A DNA stretch of 64,000 nucleotides from Anaerolineae bacterium (GTDB taxonomy: Bacteria > Chloroflexota > Anaerolineae > B4-G1 > SLSP01), in assembly GCA_049974845.1 (NCBI GenBank), contig JBNGCP010000010.1, positions 13,792 through 77,791 of the forward strand, given 5' to 3'. This document shows, piece after piece, positions 18,756-27,790 of the stretch (position 1 is its first letter; each line of letters starts with the position of its first letter). The notes beneath the pieces were generated by a model. That model searched no databases, was not told the origin of the DNA, and saw only the letters and a program-made list of their open reading frames with translations. The translations under genes and the position numbers were made by a program.

Positions 18756-20879
18756 CTATCCCACCGGAATCTCGACACAGTCCTGGCGCATATACGTCTC
18801 GAACCCGCTCTCCAGCGGTAGCCGCTGCTCGGGCGTGTAGAGGCCCACGTGCAGTAGGCACCCGGGGCAGCCATCAGAACCCACATTGAGGAAAAAGCGA
18901 TCCCGAAGGCGTGTTCCGGGCTGCCATCGACTGGTGGGATAGGCGTCCGCTCCTGCGATGTGGTCGTGTTGGGCTATCCGTGTGCCGTCGGGCCGTATCA
19001 GGTGGACGAAGACGGTGTAGTCCGCGACGAGATCACCCTCGGACTCCCACCACAGATCCACCTCCCAGGTCTCGGCACTCTTGATCACACCATAGCCGCG
19101 CAGCTTGATCGGCGCCTGAAACCGGACCTCGATCGGGACCGGAGGACGGGCCAGACGATCCAGCGGACGGCAGCTCTCCAGGTCGAAGCGTAGCAGCCAG
19201 ACATTGGTGAACTCTGCTGCGACGGGGAGACGCTGACAGGCCTCAATCAACACGCTCTGAATCAGGTTCGTGGGATCCGCAAGATGATGCTGCCAAAGGA
19301 CAAGCCACAGCCGCGGTCGCCCTTGCGTCTCTCGCTCCAAAACGTCCAGCGCGTGGAGGTCGACCACGCGTCCGGTATCGAGCACCCGGGTCCCATACGG
19401 GAGGCCGAAGAGGTGGGCCGGCCCCTCATAGTAGTAGTCCAGTGTCGACGCGGCGTAACCACCGACAACGACGATAGCCTCGTCGCCCTCGCCATGGGCC
19501 TCGATATACCGCGCGACGCCGCGGAAGTCGGGTCGTGGGTGCCATTCATCCCGTAGCGCCAGCGCCCAAGTGCCCTGGGCCTGGCGCGCGTCGGCGATGA
19601 GCGTGAGCGTGACCCAGATGAGGGCAAGGCCCAACCCGACAGCGCGATGTACACTCCCTTTGACGGCTTCGTGCTGTTTCGGTGAGGTTCGCTCTTTGCC
19701 AATTCGCGTCCTCAGCAGCAACTCCCACCCGACGCCGACGGTTACGACAACCGCGATCCCCCAGGAGGGCAACAGGTAGCGCTCTGCCCACTTCGCTTTG
19801 ACGAGGGATAAGCTGTAGAGCCCGGCAATCGGGACGGTCAGTGCCAGGATTTGCCACAGCCCGCCGCGATAGTGGCGCGTGGCGAAGCTGATCGCGATTG
19901 CAGCGGCCAACGAGAGACCGGCGACGGCAACGAAGAGCGTCGTCCACGGCGCGGTGAAGTACTGGCCCACTCCAAAGAGTATGGGGATCCATCGGAGAAC
20001 ATCCGTCGGGATCGCAGAGACCGCGGTCGCATCTAGAGCGGCGCGTTTTGCAGCCCAACCGAAGATGGGTAACGCCAGGGCCGCCAGGAGCAGGTTGGCC
20101 CGCCACCAGCGAACCCGCTCGCGGTGCGTGTGCGGCGCATCGGCTCTGCGGCTGGCGCCGCCCTCGTGAATTGCGTACAGGCTGAGCCAGCCCCAGAGCC
20201 CGACCGTCACCCACGCGAGCGCTGTGTAGAGATGGGCCAGGAGCATCAGCACACCCAGGCTGACGTAAGCGATTTCGTAGCCTGGGCCCGGACGCCGACG
20301 CGCCAACAACTCCCAGCTGGCCCAGGCGAAGCCGGCTACCAAAGGGACCGCAAGGGCATACATGCGGACCTCCTGGCTGTAGTAGACGAAGATCGGCAGG
20401 GTGGCGCAGGCCAGCGCACTGCCCAACCCGGTTGCCCGCTCTCGGGATATCGAGCGGCTCAGCCGCTGGGCGAGTGGTATCGCTGCCGTGCCCAGCAAGA
20501 CGGAGAGATATCGCGCGGCAAACTCCCCACTTCCCGCAACTTGGACCCAGAGCGCCAAGATGGCGCCATGGAGGGGGAGTGCGTTATCCTCGCGAATGAG
20601 CCCCTGGACAGCGCGCAGGAGGCCCTGTTGTGCGTGGAACAGGACAAAGGTCTCGTCGTACCACAGCGACGTCGCGTTGAGCCCCCATACTCTCAGGGCG
20701 AAGGCCAGCAAGACGATGGCGCTGCCGCCAACGACTGACCACTTGGGCGCGTGAATCGGGCTTTGCTTAAGCGTGCGACAAGAGCGAGGTGGTGGAGCGG
20801 CGTTATCGGCCTGAGATGGCACAGGTGCGCTGGTCTTCGAATCATCGTGGGTCGTCACACTCGCATTATACATAGACAT
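18756..20879 (-). CDS. GT-C fold membrane glycosyltransferase (family 39 / PMT_2 / ArnT-like) with C-terminal soluble domain
   Basis: Multiple TM helices and a WYDETF motif after the first TM. I chose the start at Met91 (20879), because the 797-aa track ORF would overlap the divergent dihydropyrimidinase gene. Confidence 0.7.
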   Translation of the reverse strand: MSMYNASVTTHDDSKTSAPVPSQADNAAPPPRSCRTLKQSPIHAPKWSVVGGSAIVLLAFALRVWGLNATSLWYDETFVLFHAQQGLLRAVQGLIREDNALPLHGAILALWVQVAGSGEFAARYLSVLLGTAAIPLAQRLSRSISRERATGLGSALACATLPIFVYYSQEVRMYALAVPLVAGFAWASWELLARRRPGPGYEIAYVSLGVLMLLAHLYTALAWVTVGLWGWLSLYAIHEGGASRRADAPHTHRERVRWWRANLLLAALALPIFGWAAKRAALDATAVSAIPTDVLRWIPILFGVGQYFTAPWTTLFVAVAGLSLAAAIAISFATRHYRGGLWQILALTVPIAGLYSLSLVKAKWAERYLLPSWGIAVVVTVGVGWELLLRTRIGKERTSPKQHEAVKGSVHRAVGLGLALIWVTLTLIADARQAQGTWALALRDEWHPRPDFRGVARYIEAHGEGDEAIVVVGGYAASTLDYYYEGPAHLFGLPYGTRVLDTGRVVDLHALDVLERETQGRPRLWLVLWQHHLADPTNLIQSVLIEACQRLPVAAEFTNVWLLRFDLESCRPLDRLARPPVPIEVRFQAPIKLRGYGVIKSAETWEVDLWWESEGDLVADYTVFVHLIRPDGTRIAQHDHIAGADAYPTSRWQPGTRLRDRFFLNVGSDGCPGCLLHVGLYTPEQRLPLESGFETYMRQDCVEIPVG

Positions 20880-20906
20880 GGCCCTACTCAAAGGCGTGAA
20901 TTGCCA

Positions 20907-20912
20907 TATAAT
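20907..20912 (+). promoter_or_regulatory. putative -10 box (TATAAT) for the dihydropyrimidinase gene
   Basis: A consensus TATAAT lies 43 nt upstream of the ATG at 20955 in a locally AT-rich spacer. An AGGAGG SD sits at 20945..20950. The -35 is weak. Confidence 0.3.
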
Positions 20913-20954
20913 CTTAGTCATTATGGTGAGACCTAATGCTGACCAGGAGGCGCT

Positions 20955-22337
20955 ATGGCGGCCGAGGGACAGTTGCTGATCCGTGGAGGAACCGTCGTAA
21001 CCGCTGAAACCAAGGTGACAGCGGATGTTCTGGTTGAAGGGGAGATCATCCGGGCTATCGGCCTTGACCTTCCGGTTCCTGAGCACGGTGAGGTCGTGGA
21101 CGCCGACGGGTTGCTCGTTCTCCCCGGCGTCATCGATGCCCACACGCACATCCAGCTCGATACGGGGGTGTACAAGACCGCCGATACATGGCTGGAGGGG
21201 AGTCGCGCGGCTGCCTACGGGGGGATCACAACTGTGGTCGACTTCGCGACGCAGTTCGAGGGGCAGAGCTTCGAGGAGGCGCTGAGCGCGCGCCTATCCG
21301 AGACCGATTCCTCGGTCATTGATTACGCTTTGCATATGATGGTCACCGATCTGCCGCCCGGTCGGGAGGAGGAGCTCGGCGTCCTGCCTGAGCTGGGCAT
21401 TCAGAGCATCAAGCTCTACACGACCTACCGCCCGAACTACTATGCAGATGACGCTACGCTCCTGCGCCTCATGGAGGTCGCGGCGCGCTACAGCCTGATC
21501 ACCCTCGTTCACTGTGAAAACGACGCGCTCGTCGCGGCCCAGACGGAGGCCTTGGTGAAGTCCGGGCGTATTGGCTGGCGTTATCACGGGGCTTCGCGTC
21601 CGCTCCTGGCCGAGCAGGAGGCCGCTGCCCGGGTGCTCTTCCTGGCCGAGGCGGCCGGAGCGCCCGTCGTCATCGTGCATGCCTCGACAGGCCTTACGTC
21701 CTCGATGGTCGCCGAGGCAAGGGAGCGCGGGCAGGTCGCGTTCTCCGAGACGACGCCGCAATACCTGCTCCTGGATAGCTCTCTCTACGAAGGTAACGAG
21801 CCCTGGCGCTACATCCTGCAGCCCCCGTTGCGTCCTAGCGCCGAAACGGAAGCGCTCTGGTCGTTGGTCGCCGACGGCCAGGTGGAGATGTTTGTCACCG
21901 ACCACTGCGACTACAAGAAGGCTCAGAAATTGGCTGTGAACAACTTCACGAAGACGCCAGGCGGCTTACCCGGGATGGAGACGCTCCTTCCGTTGATTGC
22001 GACTTATGGCGTCGCTGCCGGTTGGATCGACTGGCCCGATCTCGTGCGGATGATGGCCGCCAACCCAGCGCAGATCTACAATCTGTGGCCGCGGAAAGGC
22101 GCCCTGCTGCCGGGCTCGGACGCGGATCTTGTGCTCTTTGATCCGGCCTATGAGAGTGTGGTCTCGGCCGAGGAGCTGCATATGGTCGCCGGCTACAGCC
22201 CGTACGAGGGGATGCGAATCAAGGGCCGGGTCGTTAGTACCCTGCGACGCGGGGCGTTCCTGGTCCGTGACGGGACATTTGTGGACGAGCCCTCCAGCGG
22301 CGTCTTCCTCAAGCGCGAAGCTCGCTTCTGGAGCTGA
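20955..22337 (+). CDS. dihydropyrimidinase / D-hydantoinase (cyclic amidohydrolase)
   Basis: 460 aa with VLPGVIDAHTHIQLD (HxH), SIKLYTTY (candidate carbamylated Lys), VHCEND and FVTDHC. Confidence 0.85.
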   Translation: MAAEGQLLIRGGTVVTAETKVTADVLVEGEIIRAIGLDLPVPEHGEVVDADGLLVLPGVIDAHTHIQLDTGVYKTADTWLEGSRAAAYGGITTVVDFATQFEGQSFEEALSARLSETDSSVIDYALHMMVTDLPPGREEELGVLPELGIQSIKLYTTYRPNYYADDATLLRLMEVAARYSLITLVHCENDALVAAQTEALVKSGRIGWRYHGASRPLLAEQEAAARVLFLAEAAGAPVVIVHASTGLTSSMVAEARERGQVAFSETTPQYLLLDSSLYEGNEPWRYILQPPLRPSAETEALWSLVADGQVEMFVTDHCDYKKAQKLAVNNFTKTPGGLPGMETLLPLIATYGVAAGWIDWPDLVRMMAANPAQIYNLWPRKGALLPGSDADLVLFDPAYESVVSAEELHMVAGYSPYEGMRIKGRVVSTLRRGAFLVRDGTFVDEPSSGVFLKREARFWS

Positions 22338-22344
22338 CCGAGCT

Positions 22345-22938
22345 ATGGACATCCTACTGGTTCTCGTTGGGATCGTAATCGGTGTGCTCATCTCGGCGTG
22401 GCTCTCGCGGCATCGGGAAGCCGTTGATCGGGAGGATCTCAGGGATGAGATCTCTGAGACCTTTGCTGCACGGACGGATGCCGAGCGTGCGCGCGTCGTG
22501 CAAGCCTATGAGGCGCGGATTCGTCAGCTGAAGGATCAGCACCGCGCGGAGGCCAGGCAGATTCGGCGCAGCAGTGTGAACCAGAGTCGCGCCGTGTTGA
22601 AGGGAAAGATGGCAGAGCAGATCGCCCCCCTGCTTCCGGGCTTCACGTATTGGCCGGCGGATGCTAGGTTCCTGGGCGATCCCGTCGACTACGTCGTGTT
22701 TGACGGCTATAGTGCGTGCAAGGACAATCACACCGACGGTCGCGACCTGGAGGTCGTGATCTTAGATATCAAGCAAGGTAAATCCGATTTGACGCGCGAG
22801 CAGCGCCGCATTGCTGATGCCGTCGCTGCAGGACGCGTTCGGTTTGAGGTGGTCAGGATCCTCGGTGATGGATCCGTCCGCTCGCGCACGTGGCCAGCAC
22901 AGTTGCAGCTAGACTTTCGGGGTCCAGACGAAGGTTAG
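22345..22938 (+). CDS. membrane-anchored PD-(D/E)xK nuclease related to archaeal Holliday-junction resolvase (Endonuc_Holl-like)
   Basis: The ATG at 22345 gives an N-terminal TM helix (MDILLVLVGIVIGVLISAWL), a coiled-coil-like region, then DYVVFDG...EVVILDIKQGKSDLTREQRRI. The track ORF from 22129 overlaps the preceding gene. Confidence 0.6.
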   Translation: MDILLVLVGIVIGVLISAWLSRHREAVDREDLRDEISETFAARTDAERARVVQAYEARIRQLKDQHRAEARQIRRSSVNQSRAVLKGKMAEQIAPLLPGFTYWPADARFLGDPVDYVVFDGYSACKDNHTDGRDLEVVILDIKQGKSDLTREQRRIADAVAAGRVRFEVVRILGDGSVRSRTWPAQLQLDFRGPDEG

Positions 22939-23015
22939 GCAAGCCCTGAGCTGTTCGACCCCGCACGGTCTGAGGGGGCGCGACAGGTCTTGCAACAACG
23001 TCGAGGAGCAGATCT

Positions 23016-24062
23016 ATGAGGGACATCATTCCGGACATCAAGCGGTGGCAGGAAGCCGGAAAGACTGATATCGCGGTGGCGACGATTCTGGAGACGAAGG
23101 GGTCGTCTCTGCGACCGGCCGGCACGCGTATGGCGATCACCGCCGAAGGGGATGTGACCGGGTCGGTGAGCAGCGGCTGCGTCGATGGCGACGTCATCGC
23201 GGAGATGGAGCAGGTGTTGGGCGGATCCATCAATATCCGCCGTCCTGCCTATGGTATCAGCGATGAGGAGGCTTGGGGGGTCGGGCTCTCCTGTGGTGGG
23301 TCCATCGATGTCATGGTCGAGCGTTGGAGCGACCTGTACGATGCGCTGGTGGAAGAGATTGAGGCCAAGCGTCCGGTCGCTTTTGCCTCGCGAACCGAGC
23401 GTCCCGTCCATCTGCTGCACAGAGCCGACGGTGAGACGTTAGGTACTTTGGGCAATCCGGATCTCGACGGTCAGGTGCTGATGGATATTGCGTCCGTCTG
23501 GCCCGGTCCCTATGCTAAGAAGCATAGCTATTCACAGGGCGAGATTTTCATCGAGGTGATCCCGCCACCGCCGGTGCTGCTGATCTTTGGGGCTACCGAC
23601 ATCGCGATTCCGTTGGCGAAGATCGCGGAGGTTGTCGGGTTCGATGTGGTCGTCAGCGATGCCCGGCGCACCTTCCTGCAAGAGGAGCGTTTCCCTGATA
23701 TGGATCTACGCTTCGGCTGGCCTCAAGATGTCTTCGAGTCCGAGGACTTTGGGCCGGGCTGGGCCATCGTCGTGCTCTTCCACGATCCCAAGTTTGATAT
23801 CCCTGCGCTGACGCTCGCCTTGAAGAGCGAGGCTTTCTACATCGGATTCCTGGGCAGCCGGAAGACCCAGGAGGATCGACGGGAGGAGCTTCTGGAGGCT
23901 GGCTTCAAGGAGAGCGATCTGGCCCGAATTCACGGTCCCGTCGGCCTGGACATCGGTGGGAAAGAGCCGGCGCTGATCGCCCTGTCGATCATATCCGAAA
24001 TCGTCGCTGTGCGGCACCGACGTCCCGGCGGGATGCTGAGCCGCCGTCGCGAGAGCTCTTGA
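23016..24062 (+). CDS. xdhC: XdhC/CoxI-family molybdoenzyme maturation protein
   Basis: 348 aa. Contains ATILETKGSSLRPAGTRMAITAEGDVTGSVSSGCVDGDV and a C-terminal Rossmann-like module (LLIFGATDIAIPLA). Confidence 0.8.
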   Translation: MRDIIPDIKRWQEAGKTDIAVATILETKGSSLRPAGTRMAITAEGDVTGSVSSGCVDGDVIAEMEQVLGGSINIRRPAYGISDEEAWGVGLSCGGSIDVMVERWSDLYDALVEEIEAKRPVAFASRTERPVHLLHRADGETLGTLGNPDLDGQVLMDIASVWPGPYAKKHSYSQGEIFIEVIPPPPVLLIFGATDIAIPLAKIAEVVGFDVVVSDARRTFLQEERFPDMDLRFGWPQDVFESEDFGPGWAIVVLFHDPKFDIPALTLALKSEAFYIGFLGSRKTQEDRREELLEAGFKESDLARIHGPVGLDIGGKEPALIALSIISEIVAVRHRRPGGMLSRRRESS

Positions 24063-24102
24063 GCGGGTCGTGGTGCGCCGATAGACGAGCAGGAGATGCT
24101 TC

Positions 24103-24669
24103 ATGAGCGATGACGAGCATCCGTGGGAGCCCGAACCTATCGATGTCGAGGCTTTTCACAGCTCCGAGGGTTGGTCCAACATCAATCGAGCGCCGCACGA
24201 CCGCGTCTCGGGTGTCGTCTACAAGCGCGGGATGGCCATCAAGCGCGTGCGTTACGAGCCAGCCGATCCCGCTCCCGATATGCCAGACCCCTGGCAGGGC
24301 GATGGACCAACGATCATTCGCTGGCTGTTCAGTGAGGATCCTGCTACCGCGGAGCATCTCCTCGAGGGCCGCCGCTTTAGCTGGCTCCAGGATCTGGAGT
24401 TGGCGCCTGGAGCGACGACCGGACAGAAAGCGCATCCGGGCGTTGATACGATCGTCTACGTGATCGATGGGGAGGGTCTGCTCTACCATCGCCCGACCGC
24501 AGGAAGCCCCATTGTGACCCGGCCGTTGCGGCGTAATGACGCCGTGCTGATCGAGGAGAGCGAGCTTTATAGCTTGGCTAACCCCAGTGAGGGAGAGCCT
24601 CTGAGGCTCATCCGATTGGGACTGACGCGGGCTCCGCAACCATCGGGATCACCAGAACACGATGCCTGA
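24103..24669 (+). CDS. cupin domain protein
   Basis: 188 aa. HPGVDTIVYVIDGEGLLYH is the typical cupin motif 1. Overlaps the downstream gene by 8 nt. Confidence 0.6.
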   Translation: MSDDEHPWEPEPIDVEAFHSSEGWSNINRAPHDRVSGVVYKRGMAIKRVRYEPADPAPDMPDPWQGDGPTIIRWLFSEDPATAEHLLEGRRFSWLQDLELAPGATTGQKAHPGVDTIVYVIDGEGLLYHRPTAGSPIVTRPLRRNDAVLIEESELYSLANPSEGEPLRLIRLGLTRAPQPSGSPEHDA

Positions 24670-25954
24670 TTCCGTCATCGTCGTGGGCGCCGGTGCCGCC
24701 GGACTGATGGCGGCCGGTCGCGCTGCCGAGCTCGACGCCGATGTCCTGCTGCTTGAGAAGATGGAGGAAGCTGGGAAGAAGATCCTCATCAGCGGAAAAT
24801 CCAGATGTAACATCACCAATTCCGCCCCGCTTCGCGAGTTTCTCTCCTATTACGGACCCAACGGTCGCTTTTTGCGGAATGCGTTTCATCGTTACTTTCG
24901 AAACGATCTCCTGCGCCTCTTGAGGCGTTATGGTGTGGAGACTCAGGTCGAGCGTGGGGGGCGCGTTTTCCCCACGTCCGGGGAGGCCGCGGAAGTCCGC
25001 GACGCGCTCCTGCGCTATGCCACCGAGCACGGCGCACGGGTGCGATACCGAATGGAGGTGCGTGGGATCACGACTGCGGGAAATCGCGTCACCGGCGTTG
25101 AGCTCTGGGACAGGACGCGTCTGCCTGCCCGAGCCGTCATCCTGGCGACGGGAGGGGCATCCTGGCCCGCGACCGGATCGACGGGGCAGGGTTATGTCAT
25201 GGCCCAGGATCTCGGTCACACCATTGAACCTCTGCAGCCGGCACTGGTACCGCTGACGGTGGTCGAGCGCACGATGGCGAAACGGTTGCAGGGCATCAGC
25301 CTCCGCAACGTGAGCTGTACATTTTGGGCTAAGGATGCGAAGGGCCGCGAGCGGGAGATCGACATGCCGTATCCGATGCCGGAGACCGGGGAGATGCTGT
25401 TTACCCACTTCGGCGTCTCCGGACCGCTTATCTTAACCGCCTCCACGGCGGTTGTCGATGCGCTGCGTGCAGGCCACGAGGTGACGCTGCTGATCGATCT
25501 GAAGCCGGGTATGAGCGAGCAGGAGGTGCACACTCGGCTGCAGAGGGAATTCGAGACGCATCCTCATCGCCATCTGCGGAGCCTACTCCGCGGGTGGGTG
25601 CCGGGCACCCTCGCCGACGTACTCGCGGAGCTGAGCTCCGTCGCTGACGACCGGGAGATTCACACGATCCGCGCCGAGGAGCGCGCGGAGTTGGCGCGCA
25701 TGATCAAGGCGTTCCGCTGGACAATCTCCGGCTCGCTGCCTCTGGCGGCAGGGATGGTCACCGCCGGAGGGGTCGCCCTCGACGAGATCGACCCGGTCAC
25801 TTTTGCCTCAAAGAAGGTCGAGGGCCTGTATATTGTGGGCGAGCTGCTCGACCTTGCCGCCGACACAGGGGGTTTTAACCTTCAGGCGGCTTTCAGCAGT
25901 GGCTACCTTGCGGGGGAGGCGGCGGCTGAGGCCGTCGGGATGGGGCGCCAATAG
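24662..25954 (+). CDS. NAD(P)/FAD-dependent oxidoreductase, BaiN/HI0933 family
   Basis: 430 aa with VIVVGAGAAGLMAAGRAAE (dinucleotide-binding motif), ISGKSRCNITN and C-terminal GGFNLQAAFSSGYLAG. Confidence 0.8.
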   Translation: MPDSVIVVGAGAAGLMAAGRAAELDADVLLLEKMEEAGKKILISGKSRCNITNSAPLREFLSYYGPNGRFLRNAFHRYFRNDLLRLLRRYGVETQVERGGRVFPTSGEAAEVRDALLRYATEHGARVRYRMEVRGITTAGNRVTGVELWDRTRLPARAVILATGGASWPATGSTGQGYVMAQDLGHTIEPLQPALVPLTVVERTMAKRLQGISLRNVSCTFWAKDAKGREREIDMPYPMPETGEMLFTHFGVSGPLILTASTAVVDALRAGHEVTLLIDLKPGMSEQEVHTRLQREFETHPHRHLRSLLRGWVPGTLADVLAELSSVADDREIHTIRAEERAELARMIKAFRWTISGSLPLAAGMVTAGGVALDEIDPVTFASKKVEGLYIVGELLDLAADTGGFNLQAAFSSGYLAGEAAAEAVGMGRQ

Positions 25955-25982
25955 AAGCTGGCGGCATTCTGGCCCCGTGAAG

Positions 25983-26010
25983 TTGACATTTGCCCGCCCG
26001 AGAGTATGCT
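25983..26010 (+). promoter_or_regulatory. putative promoter upstream of the deoxynucleoside kinase pair
   Basis: TTGACA (25983..25988), a 16-nt spacer, then TATGCT (26005..26010). Confidence 0.3.
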
Positions 26011-26154
26011 CAAGTGGCGTCGGGCTCACAGTTCGCGCCGGCTCGGTACCCAACATTGAGATACATTGTCAGGATCCCCGTATCCCGCCTGTGATCGCTG
26101 CGCACGGTGGAGCCCAGAGGGCCGGATTCTGTACGCACAGCATAGACAGTTAGA

Positions 26155-27087
26155 ATGGTTTCGCCGTTGAGCAGGGGGCATTTGTTGATCGGACCGTCCA
26201 CCCATCCATATATCGCTATAGAGGGCGTCATCGGTGTTGGGAAGACGACCCTGGCCCGTCTGCTCCAGCCGCGTTTCCAGGCCGACACGATCCTCGAGGC
26301 CTTTGACGAGAATCCTTTCCTTTCTGACTTCTATACAGACCGGGCTCGCTATGCATTTCAGACCCAGCTCTTTTTCCTGCTGAGCCGGTACCGCCAGCAA
26401 CAGGTGGCGGCAGACAAGATTCGGCAGGGCTCGCTCCTGGCCGACTATTTCTTCGAAAAGGATCGACTGTTTGCGCACCTCAATATCCAGAGCCCTGATG
26501 AGCTTGAGATGTACGATCGCCTCTACGAGGCGCTAGCCGAGAGGGTGCGCAGCCCAGATCTCGTCGTCTATCTTCGCGCTCAAGTTGACACGCTGATGGC
26601 CCGTATCGCGATGCGCGATCGCACCTATGAGCGGCAGATGGACCGCGACTATATTGCGGCGCTGCGACAGGGATATGAGCGACTCTTCGCCGACTACGAC
26701 TCAATGCCGGTGCTCATCATCGAGACCGACGAGCTCGACTTCGTGCGGAACCCCGAAGACCTTGATGTCGTGGAGCAGCGGATACACTCGGCTTTGGCAG
26801 GCGTTCGGCAGCCGACCCTGCCCAAGATCTCCTTCCCAACGCCCGCCCGACCTGCTTGGAAGCTCGTCTCGGCGCCGGCCCCTGAGCCACGAACCGAGCT
26901 GAACTGGCAGGCGTTGGGGGATTTCCTCGCGTTGGCGGAGGCGGTGGGGCGTATCGGTGGCTCACTCTCGCAGCAGGCGCCGGTGGGGCCCGAGGGCGCG
27001 CCCGAAGCGATTCGGGACGCTATCAGGGAAGCCAATCGAGCTCTGTTGGTTTTGGCCCAGCGCACCGGCATACAGCTAGAGCGGTAG
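26155..27087 (+). CDS. deoxynucleoside kinase family protein with roughly 100-aa C-terminal extension
   Basis: P-loop IAIEGVIGVGKTTLARLL, FEKDRLFA and RIAMRDRTYER (a LID-like motif). The extension after about residue 210 is Pro/Ala-rich and then helical. The exact start is uncertain. Confidence 0.75.
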   Translation: MVSPLSRGHLLIGPSTHPYIAIEGVIGVGKTTLARLLQPRFQADTILEAFDENPFLSDFYTDRARYAFQTQLFFLLSRYRQQQVAADKIRQGSLLADYFFEKDRLFAHLNIQSPDELEMYDRLYEALAERVRSPDLVVYLRAQVDTLMARIAMRDRTYERQMDRDYIAALRQGYERLFADYDSMPVLIIETDELDFVRNPEDLDVVEQRIHSALAGVRQPTLPKISFPTPARPAWKLVSAPAPEPRTELNWQALGDFLALAEAVGRIGGSLSQQAPVGPEGAPEAIRDAIREANRALLVLAQRTGIQLER

Positions 27088-27139
27088 GATCATTTGGATC
27101 TGATTCGGCGGGGCTAACTCAAAGAGGATCGGAGCAGCG

Positions 27140-27787
27140 GTGACCAAGTACTTTATCGCGGTGGCAGGCAACATTGGCGTGGGGAAGTCGACGTTGACGT
27201 CGCTGCTGAGCGAGCGGCTGGCGTGGGAGCCCTTCCTAGAAGGAGTTACCGACAACCCTTATCTCGCCGACTTCTATGACGATATGGAGAGGTGGAGCTT
27301 TCATTCCCAGGTTTTCTTCCTGGCCCGGCGGCTGCTCCATCACCGTCAGCTTCTGGCACGTCCCAACTCCGTTATTCAGGACAGGACCGTCTACGAGGAC
27401 GCCGAGATCTTCGCCCGCAATCTCTATGACCAAGGCCTGATGTCCGAACGGGACTACGCTACCTACAGTGAGCTCTACCGCGCCGTGACGACAATCCTTC
27501 CACCTCCGAACCTGGTCATCTATCTCCGAGCATCCGTGCCGACGCTGCGGGCTCGCATCCGCGCCCGGGGCCGGACGTACGAGCGTCAGATCAGCGAGAG
27601 CTACTTAAAGCAGCTCAACGGGCTCTACGAGGAATGGCTAGAGCACTTCTCGCTTTGCCCCGTGTTGACCATCCCCGCCGACCGTCTCGATTTTGTCGCG
27701 CACGAGGATCACTTGGCGATGATCACCGACCGGATTTTGGAGCGACTCCGTGGCAAGGAGGTCGTCTTCTTGGACGAAGACGCGTGA
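27140..27787 (+). CDS. deoxynucleoside kinase (dAK/dGK-like)
   Basis: 215 aa with a GTG start after a GGAG SD. P-loop IAVAGNIGVGKSTLTSLL, DRTVYED and RIRARGRTYERQI. Confidence 0.85.
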   Translation: MTKYFIAVAGNIGVGKSTLTSLLSERLAWEPFLEGVTDNPYLADFYDDMERWSFHSQVFFLARRLLHHRQLLARPNSVIQDRTVYEDAEIFARNLYDQGLMSERDYATYSELYRAVTTILPPPNLVIYLRASVPTLRARIRARGRTYERQISESYLKQLNGLYEEWLEHFSLCPVLTIPADRLDFVAHEDHLAMITDRILERLRGKEVVFLDEDA

Positions 27788-27790
27788 TCT

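Noticed and set aside
20880-21149. N-terminal 90-aa extension of the GT39-like ORF (797-aa version).
   Set aside because: The extension overlaps the start and promoter region of the divergent dihydropyrimidinase gene and has no TM or homology features. Met91 precedes the first hydrophobic segment.
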